Shown one piece after another: positions 29,266 through 38,865 of a stretch of 64,000 nt of DNA. The notes below the pieces were generated by a model. The model had not been told where the DNA came from, searched no databases, and saw only the letters and a program-made list of their open reading frames with translations. The first letter of the stretch is position 1. The number at the start of each line of letters is the position of its first letter. The position numbers and the translations under genes are program-made. Source of the stretch: a virus; the IMG/VR virus record IMGVR_UViG_3300043548_000582, positions 25,235 through 89,234 of that record; one strand, given 5' to 3'.

Positions 29266-29598
29266 TCACCAATCGCGACAACTTTCGTAATTTGCAGTTC
29301 CAGCCTTGGCACTTGAACATTTATGCCTTGCACGGAATGATTTTTTTCTCTTGGTATTGCCACTCTTACCAGTCACACGAACACCTGCTTGTCCCCAGTG
29401 TATTCTCTTATAAGAACCATCGGGTTGACGAGCACACTTGGTCCACTTTTTACCTTTTCTGTCACTACTGGCCTTTTTGGTTGGCCCTGTGCATTTGTTG
29501 GATTTCTTTTCCATGATCTCAATTAGATCAATATCAAATTCGTCTTGATCAAATTCCAGCGATTCCAAAATTGATGATGCTACTTTATCAAAATTCAT
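29266..29598 (-). CDS. small basic Cys-containing protein (SFRARHKC family)
   Basis: IHWGQ.G...RKKSFRARHKC..Y..C.DW; start MNFDKV 5 nt after TAAATA. Confidence 0.8.
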   Translation of the reverse strand: MNFDKVASSILESLEFDQDEFDIDLIEIMEKKSNKCTGPTKKASSDRKGKKWTKCARQPDGSYKRIHWGQAGVRVTGKSGNTKRKKSFRARHKCSSAKAGTANYESCRDW

Positions 29599-29631
29599 AA
29601 CTTTATTTACCATTTAGGCTAAATAATTTGC

Positions 29632-30192
29632 ATGGGAAAGCTATTTGATGAAATTTTTGAAAGCGTTGTGGGTCGTTATGAGGCGGGTGGTTATTTACCC
29701 GGTGATCTTGTAAAGTTCAGATCCAACTACAAGACATGCGCTGCTTATAAAGCAATGCCAACTGATATGCAACGAGAAGTTGATGATTTAGCCAACTGCA
29801 AGCTCAATATATCAGTTATCCAAGTTGGTGATAAGTTATCAGGCAACAGTGCTGGCAACCAATTCAAAACCGCTGACAATGCAGTTATCACAATCGCCGC
29901 TGATCAGGGTGGTGGTAGAACTTATGGCAGAGTTACAGTTTCTCCTGAAATGATTGACCGAATTCAGATGGATAATATCAATCATCCTCCGGTTCCAGAT
30001 GAATGGAAGCGCAAAGACAACATCAACATCAAGCCAAAACCAGTTGAAGATTTCAGCAACGCCGATAATCGCAAAACGGATAAAGGAAATGGTAAAAATA
30101 CCCCAACCGATCTTAAATTAGCAGGTGAAAGCACCGTCATAAGAAAAGATATGGATAACCTTGCTGCGATATATGAACAGACAGTTCAATAA
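29632..30192 (+). CDS. hypothetical late protein
   Basis: 186 aa; TAAATA at 29620. Confidence 0.75.
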   Translation: MGKLFDEIFESVVGRYEAGGYLPGDLVKFRSNYKTCAAYKAMPTDMQREVDDLANCKLNISVIQVGDKLSGNSAGNQFKTADNAVITIAADQGGGRTYGRVTVSPEMIDRIQMDNINHPPVPDEWKRKDNINIKPKPVEDFSNADNRKTDKGNGKNTPTDLKLAGESTVIRKDMDNLAAIYEQTVQ

Positions 30193-30196
30193 TATT

Positions 30197-30454
30197 ATGA
30201 AAACCGAAATTGAAGAATTATCAGACATATACGAGGAATCTGTGTTGGAAGAAGGATTACTCAGAAGAGTAGGGAATAAAATAGTCGGGAGTCTTTCCAG
30301 ATCCTCTCTCAAAGATACAAACAAAAAGCATGAATTTGCAAAATCTGTTGCATATGATGTTGGAAAAGATATATCCAAAGTGTTTGGGGGAGATTTAAAC
30401 ACTCATACTCAAAATATATACAGCATGATTTTAAATTATACAAAAACACTATAA
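30197..30454 (+). CDS. hypothetical protein
   Basis: start moved to MKTEIEELSDIYEE. Confidence 0.65.
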   Translation: MKTEIEELSDIYEESVLEEGLLRRVGNKIVGSLSRSSLKDTNKKHEFAKSVAYDVGKDISKVFGGDLNTHTQNIYSMILNYTKTL

Positions 30455-30472
30455 TAATAACTAAATAATCTC

Positions 30473-31138
30473 ATGAGTAAATTTACTAAACTTGACACCA
30501 TGCTTATTTCAGAAGCATATTCATCACAACTACTAATGGAATCTGCACCAAACATGACAATTGAAGAAATTCAAAGCAGATTACCAAACATGACAATTGC
30601 AGAAGCTCAAGTAATTGAAGAATTATTTGGAAAAATGGGTCAAAAACTTGGAAGAATTGGCTCAGGTATCGCCAATGTCGGTGGGGCTGCTGCAAAAGGA
30701 CTAAAAGCAGCAGGCCAATCCGCTGTGGGTGCTATTGATAAAGGTATTCAATCTGCTGTTGATGTAGGCAAGGGTGTTGCAGGAGCCGCTTCAAATGTTG
30801 CACAAAATGTTAGTAACATGTATAGAGCAGGAGCTAATGAAAAGGAAGCCGCGCAGGCAATCGAACAGGCTCAAGCTTCAGTTGAAGAACTCGTCAATCT
30901 GATCAATTCTGCAAAATCCAAATATGGTCCCGGAAGTGCTTTTAATAAGTATTTTTCAGACGATCCTATGAAGATGACTCTGAACACCATTGCAAATCAA
31001 TTGAACATGGCATCACAAACCGCGCAAGATGTGAATGCGGATGTCAAGGACAGAGGATTCTTCGGCGGAACAAAAGCAGCATACAGCGCTGGCAAGCAAG
31101 GTGCAGGTGCTCCACAAGGAGTTCCAGTCGTTCCTTAA
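30473..31138 (+). CDS. Ala/Gly-rich putative internal head or ejection protein
   Basis: amphipathic A/G-rich segments; TAAATA at 30462. Confidence 0.65.
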   Translation: MSKFTKLDTMLISEAYSSQLLMESAPNMTIEEIQSRLPNMTIAEAQVIEELFGKMGQKLGRIGSGIANVGGAAAKGLKAAGQSAVGAIDKGIQSAVDVGKGVAGAASNVAQNVSNMYRAGANEKEAAQAIEQAQASVEELVNLINSAKSKYGPGSAFNKYFSDDPMKMTLNTIANQLNMASQTAQDVNADVKDRGFFGGTKAAYSAGKQGAGAPQGVPVVP

Positions 31139-32049
31139 TCCACAACATTCTCAAGGGCGAGGAGACAGGCAAATGCATTGATCTCCTTGTCCATGACAAT
31201 CGAACTTTTAAACAGGCTATCTGCTATCTGCAAGATAGCCTGTTTCTTTTGAATCTCATCAAAATCTACATTGTAGATGTAGTTCAATAGACCACTAAGC
31301 AACTGCTCGTAATCATTATCAAACAGAGCATCATTTTCAATGAGATACTTTCTAGTTTGTAATGATGATTTGTTTTGTATGCCAGCCCAAATGTAAGAAT
31401 ATAGATCTTCTGAGCTTGTTTTTACACCAATGTTCAGGGTTCCTGACACTGAATGCTTTTGAAGCTCATTGATGCACTTTCTCAAGTCTGGAAAGAAACC
31501 CTTAACTAATCTTACAACCTCTTTATTCTGCTCTGGGGGAACAACAACACCTTCATTGTTCAGAATATACAGACATCTCTTTACAGCACCTTTAAGAGTC
31601 GGCTTGACATCGACGCTTTGACATCTGGATTGCAATGCATCCATGATTTTGTGTCGATAATTGGCTGTTAGAATGAATCTCGCAACCGCAGAGTATTCTT
31701 CGATCAAGTTTCGCAGGCATTTCTGTGATTCTTTCGAAAGACCATCCGCTTCATCGAGAACAACAACTTTAATTCCCCCGTTAAAGCTTTTGGTCCTTAT
31801 GAAACCCGTTACTTTAGTTCGAATGTTATCAATACCAGTCTCATCTGAAGCGTTTATATACAAATAATCACACTTCAAGATGTCTTGGACCAAGATTCTT
31901 GAAATTGTCGTTTTCCCTGTGCCTGCTGCCCCTGTAAAGAGGAAATGTGGTATTTCATCAGTGAATGACTCGAAGAATTCTCTGGTATTATCAGAGATGC
32001 ACATGTCATTCAATGTTTGCGGTCTGTATTTTTCAATCCATAAATTCAT
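31135..32049 (-). CDS. 44: clamp loader AAA+ subunit (gp44/RFC small)
   Basis: LWIEKYRP, GAAGTGKTT, NASDETGID, LDEAD, LQSRC, FPDLRK. Confidence 0.95.
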   Translation of the reverse strand: MNLWIEKYRPQTLNDMCISDNTREFFESFTDEIPHFLFTGAAGTGKTTISRILVQDILKCDYLYINASDETGIDNIRTKVTGFIRTKSFNGGIKVVVLDEADGLSKESQKCLRNLIEEYSAVARFILTANYRHKIMDALQSRCQSVDVKPTLKGAVKRCLYILNNEGVVVPPEQNKEVVRLVKGFFPDLRKCINELQKHSVSGTLNIGVKTSSEDLYSYIWAGIQNKSSLQTRKYLIENDALFDNDYEQLLSGLLNYIYNVDFDEIQKKQAILQIADSLFKSSIVMDKEINAFACLLALENVVD

Positions 32050-32795
32050 AGTTCTTGCAATCCTAGTTTTTTGTCGGATCTATTCTCGATAGTGCGCACC
32101 AGATTGGCACAATCTAACAAACTATCGAATGATCCTACGTCGAACCAGAGGATATCATGAAGACAGCATACGTCAACCCCTTCTTTCTCATTCAATGCCT
32201 TGATCAGATCAACGATTTCAAGCTCGCCTCTCTTAGAGGGTTTGAGATGCTTTGCAATCGAGACTGCTTCTTTTGTGAAGACATAAAGACCAACAACAGC
32301 ATCATTTCCAATGTATGTTTGGGGCTTTTCGATGATATCAATCAGTTCATTCTCTTCATTCAGTGTTGCAACGCCGTAATCATTTGGATTTTTAACTTTA
32401 TAAGTAAAAATGGTGTTGGCAGGCGCATCTAGATTTTGATCTCCGATGAAAATATTATCCCCCAATATCAATGCAAGACGATCAGCATCATTTGCCCAAT
32501 CCCCAGCTATCGTAAAGGCTTCAGGTAATCCATTTGGCTTATCTTGTATCTTGTATTGAAAGTTCATGCCATATTTGGCACCATTTCCAAGATAATTGTA
32601 ATACATCACCAGTTGTTCCTTGTCAGCACATATAATCAAAACATCGGTGTATCCCATCTTTTGCAACGTTCCCAAACTGTATGAAATTACAGGTTTGTTG
32701 TATACTGGCAGCAATTGTTTTGATATACCGAACTGTGTTAGTGGATAGAGTCTAGTTGCTCGTCCTCCCGCTAAACATATCGCCTTTTTAATCAT
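32046..32795 (-). CDS. rmlA: glucose-1-phosphate thymidylyltransferase
   Basis: LAGGRATRLYP, SKQLLPVYNKP, Q..PNGL.EAF, LILGDN, EKP, PSKRGELEI, WFDVG. Confidence 0.92.
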   Translation of the reverse strand: MIKKAICLAGGRATRLYPLTQFGISKQLLPVYNKPVISYSLGTLQKMGYTDVLIICADKEQLVMYYNYLGNGAKYGMNFQYKIQDKPNGLPEAFTIAGDWANDADRLALILGDNIFIGDQNLDAPANTIFTYKVKNPNDYGVATLNEENELIDIIEKPQTYIGNDAVVGLYVFTKEAVSIAKHLKPSKRGELEIVDLIKALNEKEGVDVCCLHDILWFDVGSFDSLLDCANLVRTIENRSDKKLGLQEL

Positions 32796-33687
32796 TTAAT
32801 ACCTCCTCTAAGATTTCTTGTTCGTCTCGCATTTTCATAATGGTGGATGCTTTTGTGTTATCCAAAACACAATTGCTTCGACCAGCGATTATTGGAATTT
32901 CCGTGATATTTACGAATTCCCATTCCGGGTTGTTCCTGCGGAACTTTTCCATTATGTTTACAACTTCCTTGGTTGTTAATGGATTTGGATTCACTACATT
33001 GTATATCCTATGTGGGCAACCCATATTATATGATTCATGTATAAACAAGTCATGTATAAGTGTGTTTGTGAATTCGCAAAGATCAGGAATGTAAGTCTTG
33101 CTGTTTTTATAATCGATCAAAGTATTATACTTTTTGATTTTTGATAGATAGCTGCGAGCATCATGCAATCCGCTGATTGGCATCCTAATTCGGAGGATGC
33201 TGATCGGCAAGTGTTTTGAAAGAACCTCAAATGCGTGTTTGGTTTTGCTGTAGAATGAACTTTCATCATTATACAATCCGAAGTTTGGAGCGTCGTCTTC
33301 GGTGAATTCTTTTTCGTAACCTGTGTATATACATCCGCTACCGATATGTATGTATCGTTTGCCCAAGTCTGTAGTCAATTTGGCACACATCAATGGAGAT
33401 GTCACATTCAGCCGCCAACACTCTTCTTTTTTGCTTTCAGCTTCGTCGATGTTTGGTCTACCGGTGAATCCACTGCAATTGACGACAACATCTGGTTCAA
33501 AATTGAAATTTAATTCATACCAGAATGTTTTCGGATCGTGGTAATTGAGGGTTTTAGAGTCTAGGACTTTGACAGTGTGACCCTCTGACATCAGATGGTT
33601 GCCAATATGATTTCCGATGTATCCGTTTCCTAGAATTAAAATCTTACGCTTGATCGTATTCTTCTTCAATAAATTCTTTGATGTCAT
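32788..33687 (-). CDS. NRS/ER (UER1)-type bifunctional 3,5-epimerase/4-keto-reductase (RmlD-like SDR)
   Basis: GNGYIG, G.TGRPNID..E, GCIY, F.E.D.PNF, SFYSKTK, LRIRMPIS, RSNCVLD.TK. Confidence 0.85.
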   Translation of the reverse strand: MTSKNLLKKNTIKRKILILGNGYIGNHIGNHLMSEGHTVKVLDSKTLNYHDPKTFWYELNFNFEPDVVVNCSGFTGRPNIDEAESKKEECWRLNVTSPLMCAKLTTDLGKRYIHIGSGCIYTGYEKEFTEDDAPNFGLYNDESSFYSKTKHAFEVLSKHLPISILRIRMPISGLHDARSYLSKIKKYNTLIDYKNSKTYIPDLCEFTNTLIHDLFIHESYNMGCPHRIYNVVNPNPLTTKEVVNIMEKFRRNNPEWEFVNITEIPIIAGRSNCVLDNTKASTIMKMRDEQEILEEVLND

Positions 33688-33865
33688 GTATGTTTACATT
33701 ATCATTCGTTTGGAGAAAGTCAACCATCGCAGATGCCAATTCATTGCCCATACTTGAAAGCTCCTCATCTTCAGTGCTGTCCAAGAATATTTGCAGTTCT
33801 TCAATAGCATCTAGGATCTTGTCCTCTTTTTGATTGATAGTTTTCAACAGTTTGATTTTATTCAT
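33644..33865 (-). CDS. hypothetical acidic protein
   Basis: 73 aa, TAAATA at 33875-33880. Confidence 0.6.
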   Translation of the reverse strand: MNKIKLLKTINQKEDKILDAIEELQIFLDSTEDEELSSMGNELASAMVDFLQTNDNVNIHDIKEFIEEEYDQA

Positions 33866-33905
33866 AATTTGCAGTATTTACTTTGAGGGGTCACTAAATA
33901 TAGTC

Positions 33906-35195
33906 ATGGGTTTAAAAATTTCAAGTCTGCCGGTAAATTCTCTGCCTTATTCAGGTTCAGAAAAACTACCTTTAGTTCAATCAGGTGTTACAAAAGCAGG
34001 CACTCTCAGTTCTTTTGTAAATTATTTGTCGGGAGCTTTACCTTCTGGAGGCAGCAATGTGTCGTCTTTAACTGGTAATTGGCAAAGTACATATACCACA
34101 TTTAGTTCAAACAGCGCTAATTATGCTGTTAAAAATGCTGATAATAATTTTAACACAAATCAAACATTTACTGACGATATCACTATAGGTACAGGCACAT
34201 ATTTGAAAGAAATACCTGCCCCGTCTACAATCGATGCATATTCACTTATATTAGGTTATAATGCAGGTGCTAATGACGGTTCATCTACTACATATGATGA
34301 TAATGTATTTATAGGGTATCAGAGTGGTAATGATAGCGGAAGTATTTTTGGAGCAACTTCTAAAAATATAGGCATTGGTTACGGATCTTTGGATTCTGCT
34401 GGCTCTGGTACTTACGGATCCGCATCTAATAATATTGCCTTGGGAGAAAGTTCTGGTATTAATATTGGTTCCAATAACGTGTCTACCCCTAACACAACTA
34501 ACAATATAATTTCTATTGGATCGAATGCTGGTAGTAATATAGGTTCTGGTAATGATAGTTCAAACGGAAATGCTGTAAATGTAATAGCGATAGGTAATAC
34601 TGCTGGAACAGGTGTAGGATCAGCTACAAGCTATTCGGGTGATGCAGTAGATGTAATAGCAATTGGTTCAGAAGCTGGTATCGATGCAGGTAGCGGCGGT
34701 GTTGATAATAGTGGTAACATAAATTATTCAGTTTTCTTAGGTGTACAAGCTGGTCATAGCGTAGGTAAAGGGGATATTCTCGCTGGTAATGCTAGTGATA
34801 TTATTGCTATAGGTAGACAATCTGGTTATGAAAGTAATATAGGCGCAACCACAAGTGATAATATCTATATCGGTAGAGAGTCTGGTTATCGGAACGGATA
34901 TAGTACTAATTCTCAGAATAACATTTTCATCGGATTATCTTCCGGCTATAATAAACAAGGCAGTAGAAATACATTCATCGGAGACCTAACTAATACAACA
35001 CCAACAGACTCTGTAAATCTCAGTGGTTGTATAGCTATCGGTTATGGCGCTCAGCCAACAGCGAGAAATACCATCGCTCTTGGTTCTGCTTCAACTCCTT
35101 TGAGCGTTGTTCCCGGTGCATCAACGTATCAACAATTATCTGGATTGAAAGTGATGATAAACGGTACTTATTACACGATACCGCTATTCTCTTGA
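33906..35195 (+). CDS. tail fibre with YadA/Hep-Hag-like (N.AIG) beta-roll repeats
   Basis: NVFIG, NIGIG, NIALG, VIAIG, NIFIG repeats; start MGLKISSLP 5 nt after TAAATA. Confidence 0.8.
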   Translation: MGLKISSLPVNSLPYSGSEKLPLVQSGVTKAGTLSSFVNYLSGALPSGGSNVSSLTGNWQSTYTTFSSNSANYAVKNADNNFNTNQTFTDDITIGTGTYLKEIPAPSTIDAYSLILGYNAGANDGSSTTYDDNVFIGYQSGNDSGSIFGATSKNIGIGYGSLDSAGSGTYGSASNNIALGESSGINIGSNNVSTPNTTNNIISIGSNAGSNIGSGNDSSNGNAVNVIAIGNTAGTGVGSATSYSGDAVDVIAIGSEAGIDAGSGGVDNSGNINYSVFLGVQAGHSVGKGDILAGNASDIIAIGRQSGYESNIGATTSDNIYIGRESGYRNGYSTNSQNNIFIGLSSGYNKQGSRNTFIGDLTNTTPTDSVNLSGCIAIGYGAQPTARNTIALGSASTPLSVVPGASTYQQLSGLKVMINGTYYTIPLFS

Positions 35196-35229
35196 TTTTT
35201 CATTTCTTTAAAATTTAATAAATACATAT

Positions 35230-35589
35230 ATGAGTATACTTAACAGCACCCCAACAGTCCAGACTGTATTAACAGATGAGCAAATTTTAAATAGCTTAGC
35301 AGCTGAAATTAAAAGATTTTCAAAAAGATCTTATGATTCTGTATTAGAAATACAAAACAAAGGTATAAATCTTGTATGGAAACGTGGTAGATTCACACCG
35401 CAGCAAATTATAGATGCTCTTGGTCCAGATGCCGTTAAAATATTTCAAATGCATGCTATTTTAACAGATGCAATCAAACAAATAGCTGCCATTGATGGTA
35501 TAGAAGCTCCAGTAGCATTACCAACAAATGCTTTTGAGATTGTAGATGGTGCTATTGTTGTATCTGAAGATCCATATATTACTCAATAA
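35230..35589 (+). CDS. hypothetical protein, possible fibre chaperone
   Basis: 119 aa between two fibre genes. Confidence 0.65.
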   Translation: MSILNSTPTVQTVLTDEQILNSLAAEIKRFSKRSYDSVLEIQNKGINLVWKRGRFTPQQIIDALGPDAVKIFQMHAILTDAIKQIAAIDGIEAPVALPTNAFEIVDGAIVVSEDPYITQ

Positions 35590-35601
35590 CTTATAAATTT
35601 T

Positions 35602-38052
35602 ATGACAGGTATCAAAATTATAGACTTACCAAGCAGCACACTGCCTTATACGGGAACAGAACGTATTCCTATAACACAAGATGGCGAAACACGAAATGGT
35701 ACATTAAATTCATTCGTTAATTATATATCAGCTTTTACACCACCTCAACCTCCACTAACACAAGATGGAATAGAGTCCGCAATCACTGATAACTCATCAT
35801 TTCTAACTAATTTAGGCGCTGTTAGTTCTAACGGATCTGGTATTGTAGATAGTTCCAATTTTCGTGAAACTCTGCTATTAAATGATACAGCAATACCGGA
35901 TTCACTTAATTGGCAACCGAATTGTTTTAATAAACTTGTATTATCAGGCGCACCTATACATGTATTGATTGCAGGTGACTCATTATCTACCCAACTAAGA
36001 ATGCCTCCAAACGCAGCTTCCGCAGGTATAATAGGCGCTTCAAGATTAGCAGGATCTGTTAATGTCAGTGATTATAACGGACAAGATGGTAGACCTAGAT
36101 TTGAGGATGTATGGTTAGCTCCTTATCATGTGATTTCAGCCGGTGGTAGTGCTGTTTATCATATAGGCGGTCAAGGAGCAGTTAGCCCTGTTGCTACAAG
36201 AGCTAACACAATATCCGTAATGTATATTGCTGAAAGTGGAGCTGCTACGTTTAATTTGATGTACTCTACAAACTTGGGTACCAATTGGACGATTGTATCG
36301 AGTATTAGTGCTAACAATGGTGGATCAAGAGAAGGTAAAGTATATATCAATTCTTCTTTACCTGCATCAAATTCACCGACGTTCGTTGCAGGCATTAGCG
36401 GTGTTACAGGTGGTAATGTTCGTATTATAGGTGTTGGACTTTACCACAATACAGGATTGGGTGTTGTAGAGCTTCGAGCATTGGCAAATCTTGGAGGTAT
36501 TGATATAACAAACTTTGGCGCTGTGCCTGATTCTATATTTACCCCGCTATGGTCTCACATGTCTCCTGATCTTGTAGTAAGTCATTTTGCTGATTCGCCA
36601 GAGGATTGGAAAGACGTTAAGTTAACACTTAATAATGTGGTTACAAATGGTACTAATACTATAACATTTGATGCATATCCACCTACAGAGTATGCAAATG
36701 GAAATGCATATAGACCTTATCCTTTGGTAGGTGACTATATAACAGGTACTAATATACCGCCTAATACTAGAATCACAGCACATACTAAAAACTCGCAAAC
36801 AGCGACAATAAGCAACTCAGCTACAGGAAGTGGCACAAACTCTGCTAATATTCGAGGAGCGTTTGTATCATTTTACGAACGCTGTAGTAGTATTAAGAGT
36901 AAAACGGATTGGATTCAGTTTTCAATGAATCCAACAATGTCACCAGCTCTCTCTCAACACCCTCGATGGGAAAGTGGTGTGTCTTACCCTGTAGGTACTC
37001 GCGTTACTACATATAATGCAGATGCTACTATTGCAGTAGGTAGACTTGAACGAGTTTATGTTTCTAAAGCTAACCATACATCAGATTCAACCACGCTACC
37101 TAATGTAGGGGCATCTTGGCAAACAGTATGGGATGAAGACCTGCTTGATGCAGCATCAATATCTGCGGGGACAGGAAGAGCGAGACAGCAAGCAAAAGCT
37201 CAAAGAGAGTGGGCAATTAGATCTGGCCATTCATTCATCAACGGTTTTGATATTTTTAGAGATTACAGATCAGCGTCTAGTGCAGGGTTAATGTCACCAC
37301 CTGACATGATTCATCCTAATGACGTAGGACATCCATTTAAAAATGTTATGTTTTGGTCTAAAATCCCACTTGCTCAAATGAATTTGGGCTTAATTGGGAA
37401 TGTCTACTCTAAAGATGGTAATGTACCTTTAATTTACACAACACCGGCAAGTAATATTTATGCTCCCGGAGATGCAGGTTTAGTTGAAATTAGCCGTCCG
37501 CTAAGAATGTCAGGACCGGGGGCTCAAATTAATTTAGGAGACCGTAATACCCCTGTTAGTTTCAACGCTGATGTGGCATTTTCAAACACCGGTGGAGTTT
37601 TAACTATAAGTAACTTTAATACTAGTATTGTCGCTATTGGCGGAACATCTTCTTTTCTTGGATGGCACCCCGGTTCTAATGGTGCTGTATTAGGCGGTCG
37701 TGGATCAAATTGGTGGAATCTTGGAGGAGCTGGAGTCAGACTTGAATATACACCTACGACAACAAATTATACTATCGCTGCTACCGACTATACTGTTAAT
37801 GTAACAAGTAATTCTGTAACCGTTCAATTACCACTAGCGGAAGCGCTAAATTCAAATACTAGTAATTTCACTAATACTAGAGCAGGTGTAGAAGGTAAAC
37901 TATATTGTATTAAAAATTCTGGAACAGGCACGACAGTTACATTATCAGCAAATGGTGCACAATTAATTAATTCAACAAATACATTGTCAATATCATCAGG
38001 TCAAATGTTTAAAGTTCAATCAACAGGAACTGGTTGGATAACTGTAATGTAA
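35602..38052 (+). CDS. tail fibre/spike with SGNH esterase domain and CBM5/12-like insert
   Basis: VLIAGDSL, D.IHPN..GH; W.SG.SY.VG.RV...Y.SK..HTS..P...W; fibre-type C-terminus. Confidence 0.8.
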   Translation: MTGIKIIDLPSSTLPYTGTERIPITQDGETRNGTLNSFVNYISAFTPPQPPLTQDGIESAITDNSSFLTNLGAVSSNGSGIVDSSNFRETLLLNDTAIPDSLNWQPNCFNKLVLSGAPIHVLIAGDSLSTQLRMPPNAASAGIIGASRLAGSVNVSDYNGQDGRPRFEDVWLAPYHVISAGGSAVYHIGGQGAVSPVATRANTISVMYIAESGAATFNLMYSTNLGTNWTIVSSISANNGGSREGKVYINSSLPASNSPTFVAGISGVTGGNVRIIGVGLYHNTGLGVVELRALANLGGIDITNFGAVPDSIFTPLWSHMSPDLVVSHFADSPEDWKDVKLTLNNVVTNGTNTITFDAYPPTEYANGNAYRPYPLVGDYITGTNIPPNTRITAHTKNSQTATISNSATGSGTNSANIRGAFVSFYERCSSIKSKTDWIQFSMNPTMSPALSQHPRWESGVSYPVGTRVTTYNADATIAVGRLERVYVSKANHTSDSTTLPNVGASWQTVWDEDLLDAASISAGTGRARQQAKAQREWAIRSGHSFINGFDIFRDYRSASSAGLMSPPDMIHPNDVGHPFKNVMFWSKIPLAQMNLGLIGNVYSKDGNVPLIYTTPASNIYAPGDAGLVEISRPLRMSGPGAQINLGDRNTPVSFNADVAFSNTGGVLTISNFNTSIVAIGGTSSFLGWHPGSNGAVLGGRGSNWWNLGGAGVRLEYTPTTTNYTIAATDYTVNVTSNSVTVQLPLAEALNSNTSNFTNTRAGVEGKLYCIKNSGTGTTVTLSANGAQLINSTNTLSISSGQMFKVQSTGTGWITVM

Positions 38053-38060
38053 TTGTGTGA

Positions 38061-38861
38061 TTAATAATAAGTGCCGTATATAGACGTGTCGTTGACGCTG
38101 TTGTCGAATATATTATCCTTAGAATATTCATCAACATCAAACGGATATGTTTTAGGATTGCTGCTCAATTGCACACTGGACAACTGATCAAGTAGAGTTA
38201 TGCTGCTGCTCAATACACCACTGAATGAGTTATCATACACCTGAACGTTGTTATCTTCATCAGGAAATCCAGCTTCAAAGCTGTAATCATATCTCTTCGC
38301 TGTAACTTTCCATATATAGTGGCCCATCAGTGGATTCAATGCCCCTCCATCTTCATCAATAACTTCAGTCACAACAAAAGTTTTCGGACCTCTACCACCC
38401 GGTCTATCACAACCAAAAGGTGTTAGAACAAAGCCATCATCAGCTTTCGGCTCCACCCTCTGACCATTATTCGAGTGTATGTTTATTTGATTGAAAGCTG
38501 TTGTGAATGAGTCTATGTGGAAATACAGGGTGACACTATCATCAGGCTCCCATCCGTATGTTTGTAGAGGAACTCCGTTGTGTTGATATTCCACGTAAGC
38601 TCTTATAGCAACAGGTCCATAGTATGGCGTGACTGTATGTTCCCCGTAAAAGTTATTAGCAGCTGATAAATTATACGTGTTGACGTAATAATTGATATCG
38701 ACTCCGAAATTATTTATAAGTTCAGAAAATCCGCTGTTGTATAAAGCGCGTTCAGCTTGAAATTTAGATGGATCTGCAAAACCACCACACGCTGGTTTAA
38801 ACACTCCCGCAAATATATTAGACGGAGTTAGACATGACAATGGAGTTACAGGACATCCCAT
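38061..38861 (-). CDS. 14: neck protein gp14
   Basis: ELINNFGVDINYY, FYGE, EPKADD, WKVTAKRYDYS resemble T4 gp14. Confidence 0.75.
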   Translation of the reverse strand: MGCPVTPLSCLTPSNIFAGVFKPACGGFADPSKFQAERALYNSGFSELINNFGVDINYYVNTYNLSAANNFYGEHTVTPYYGPVAIRAYVEYQHNGVPLQTYGWEPDDSVTLYFHIDSFTTAFNQINIHSNNGQRVEPKADDGFVLTPFGCDRPGGRGPKTFVVTEVIDEDGGALNPLMGHYIWKVTAKRYDYSFEAGFPDEDNNVQVYDNSFSGVLSSSITLLDQLSSVQLSSNPKTYPFDVDEYSKDNIFDNSVNDTSIYGTYY

Positions 38862-38865
38862 GGTA

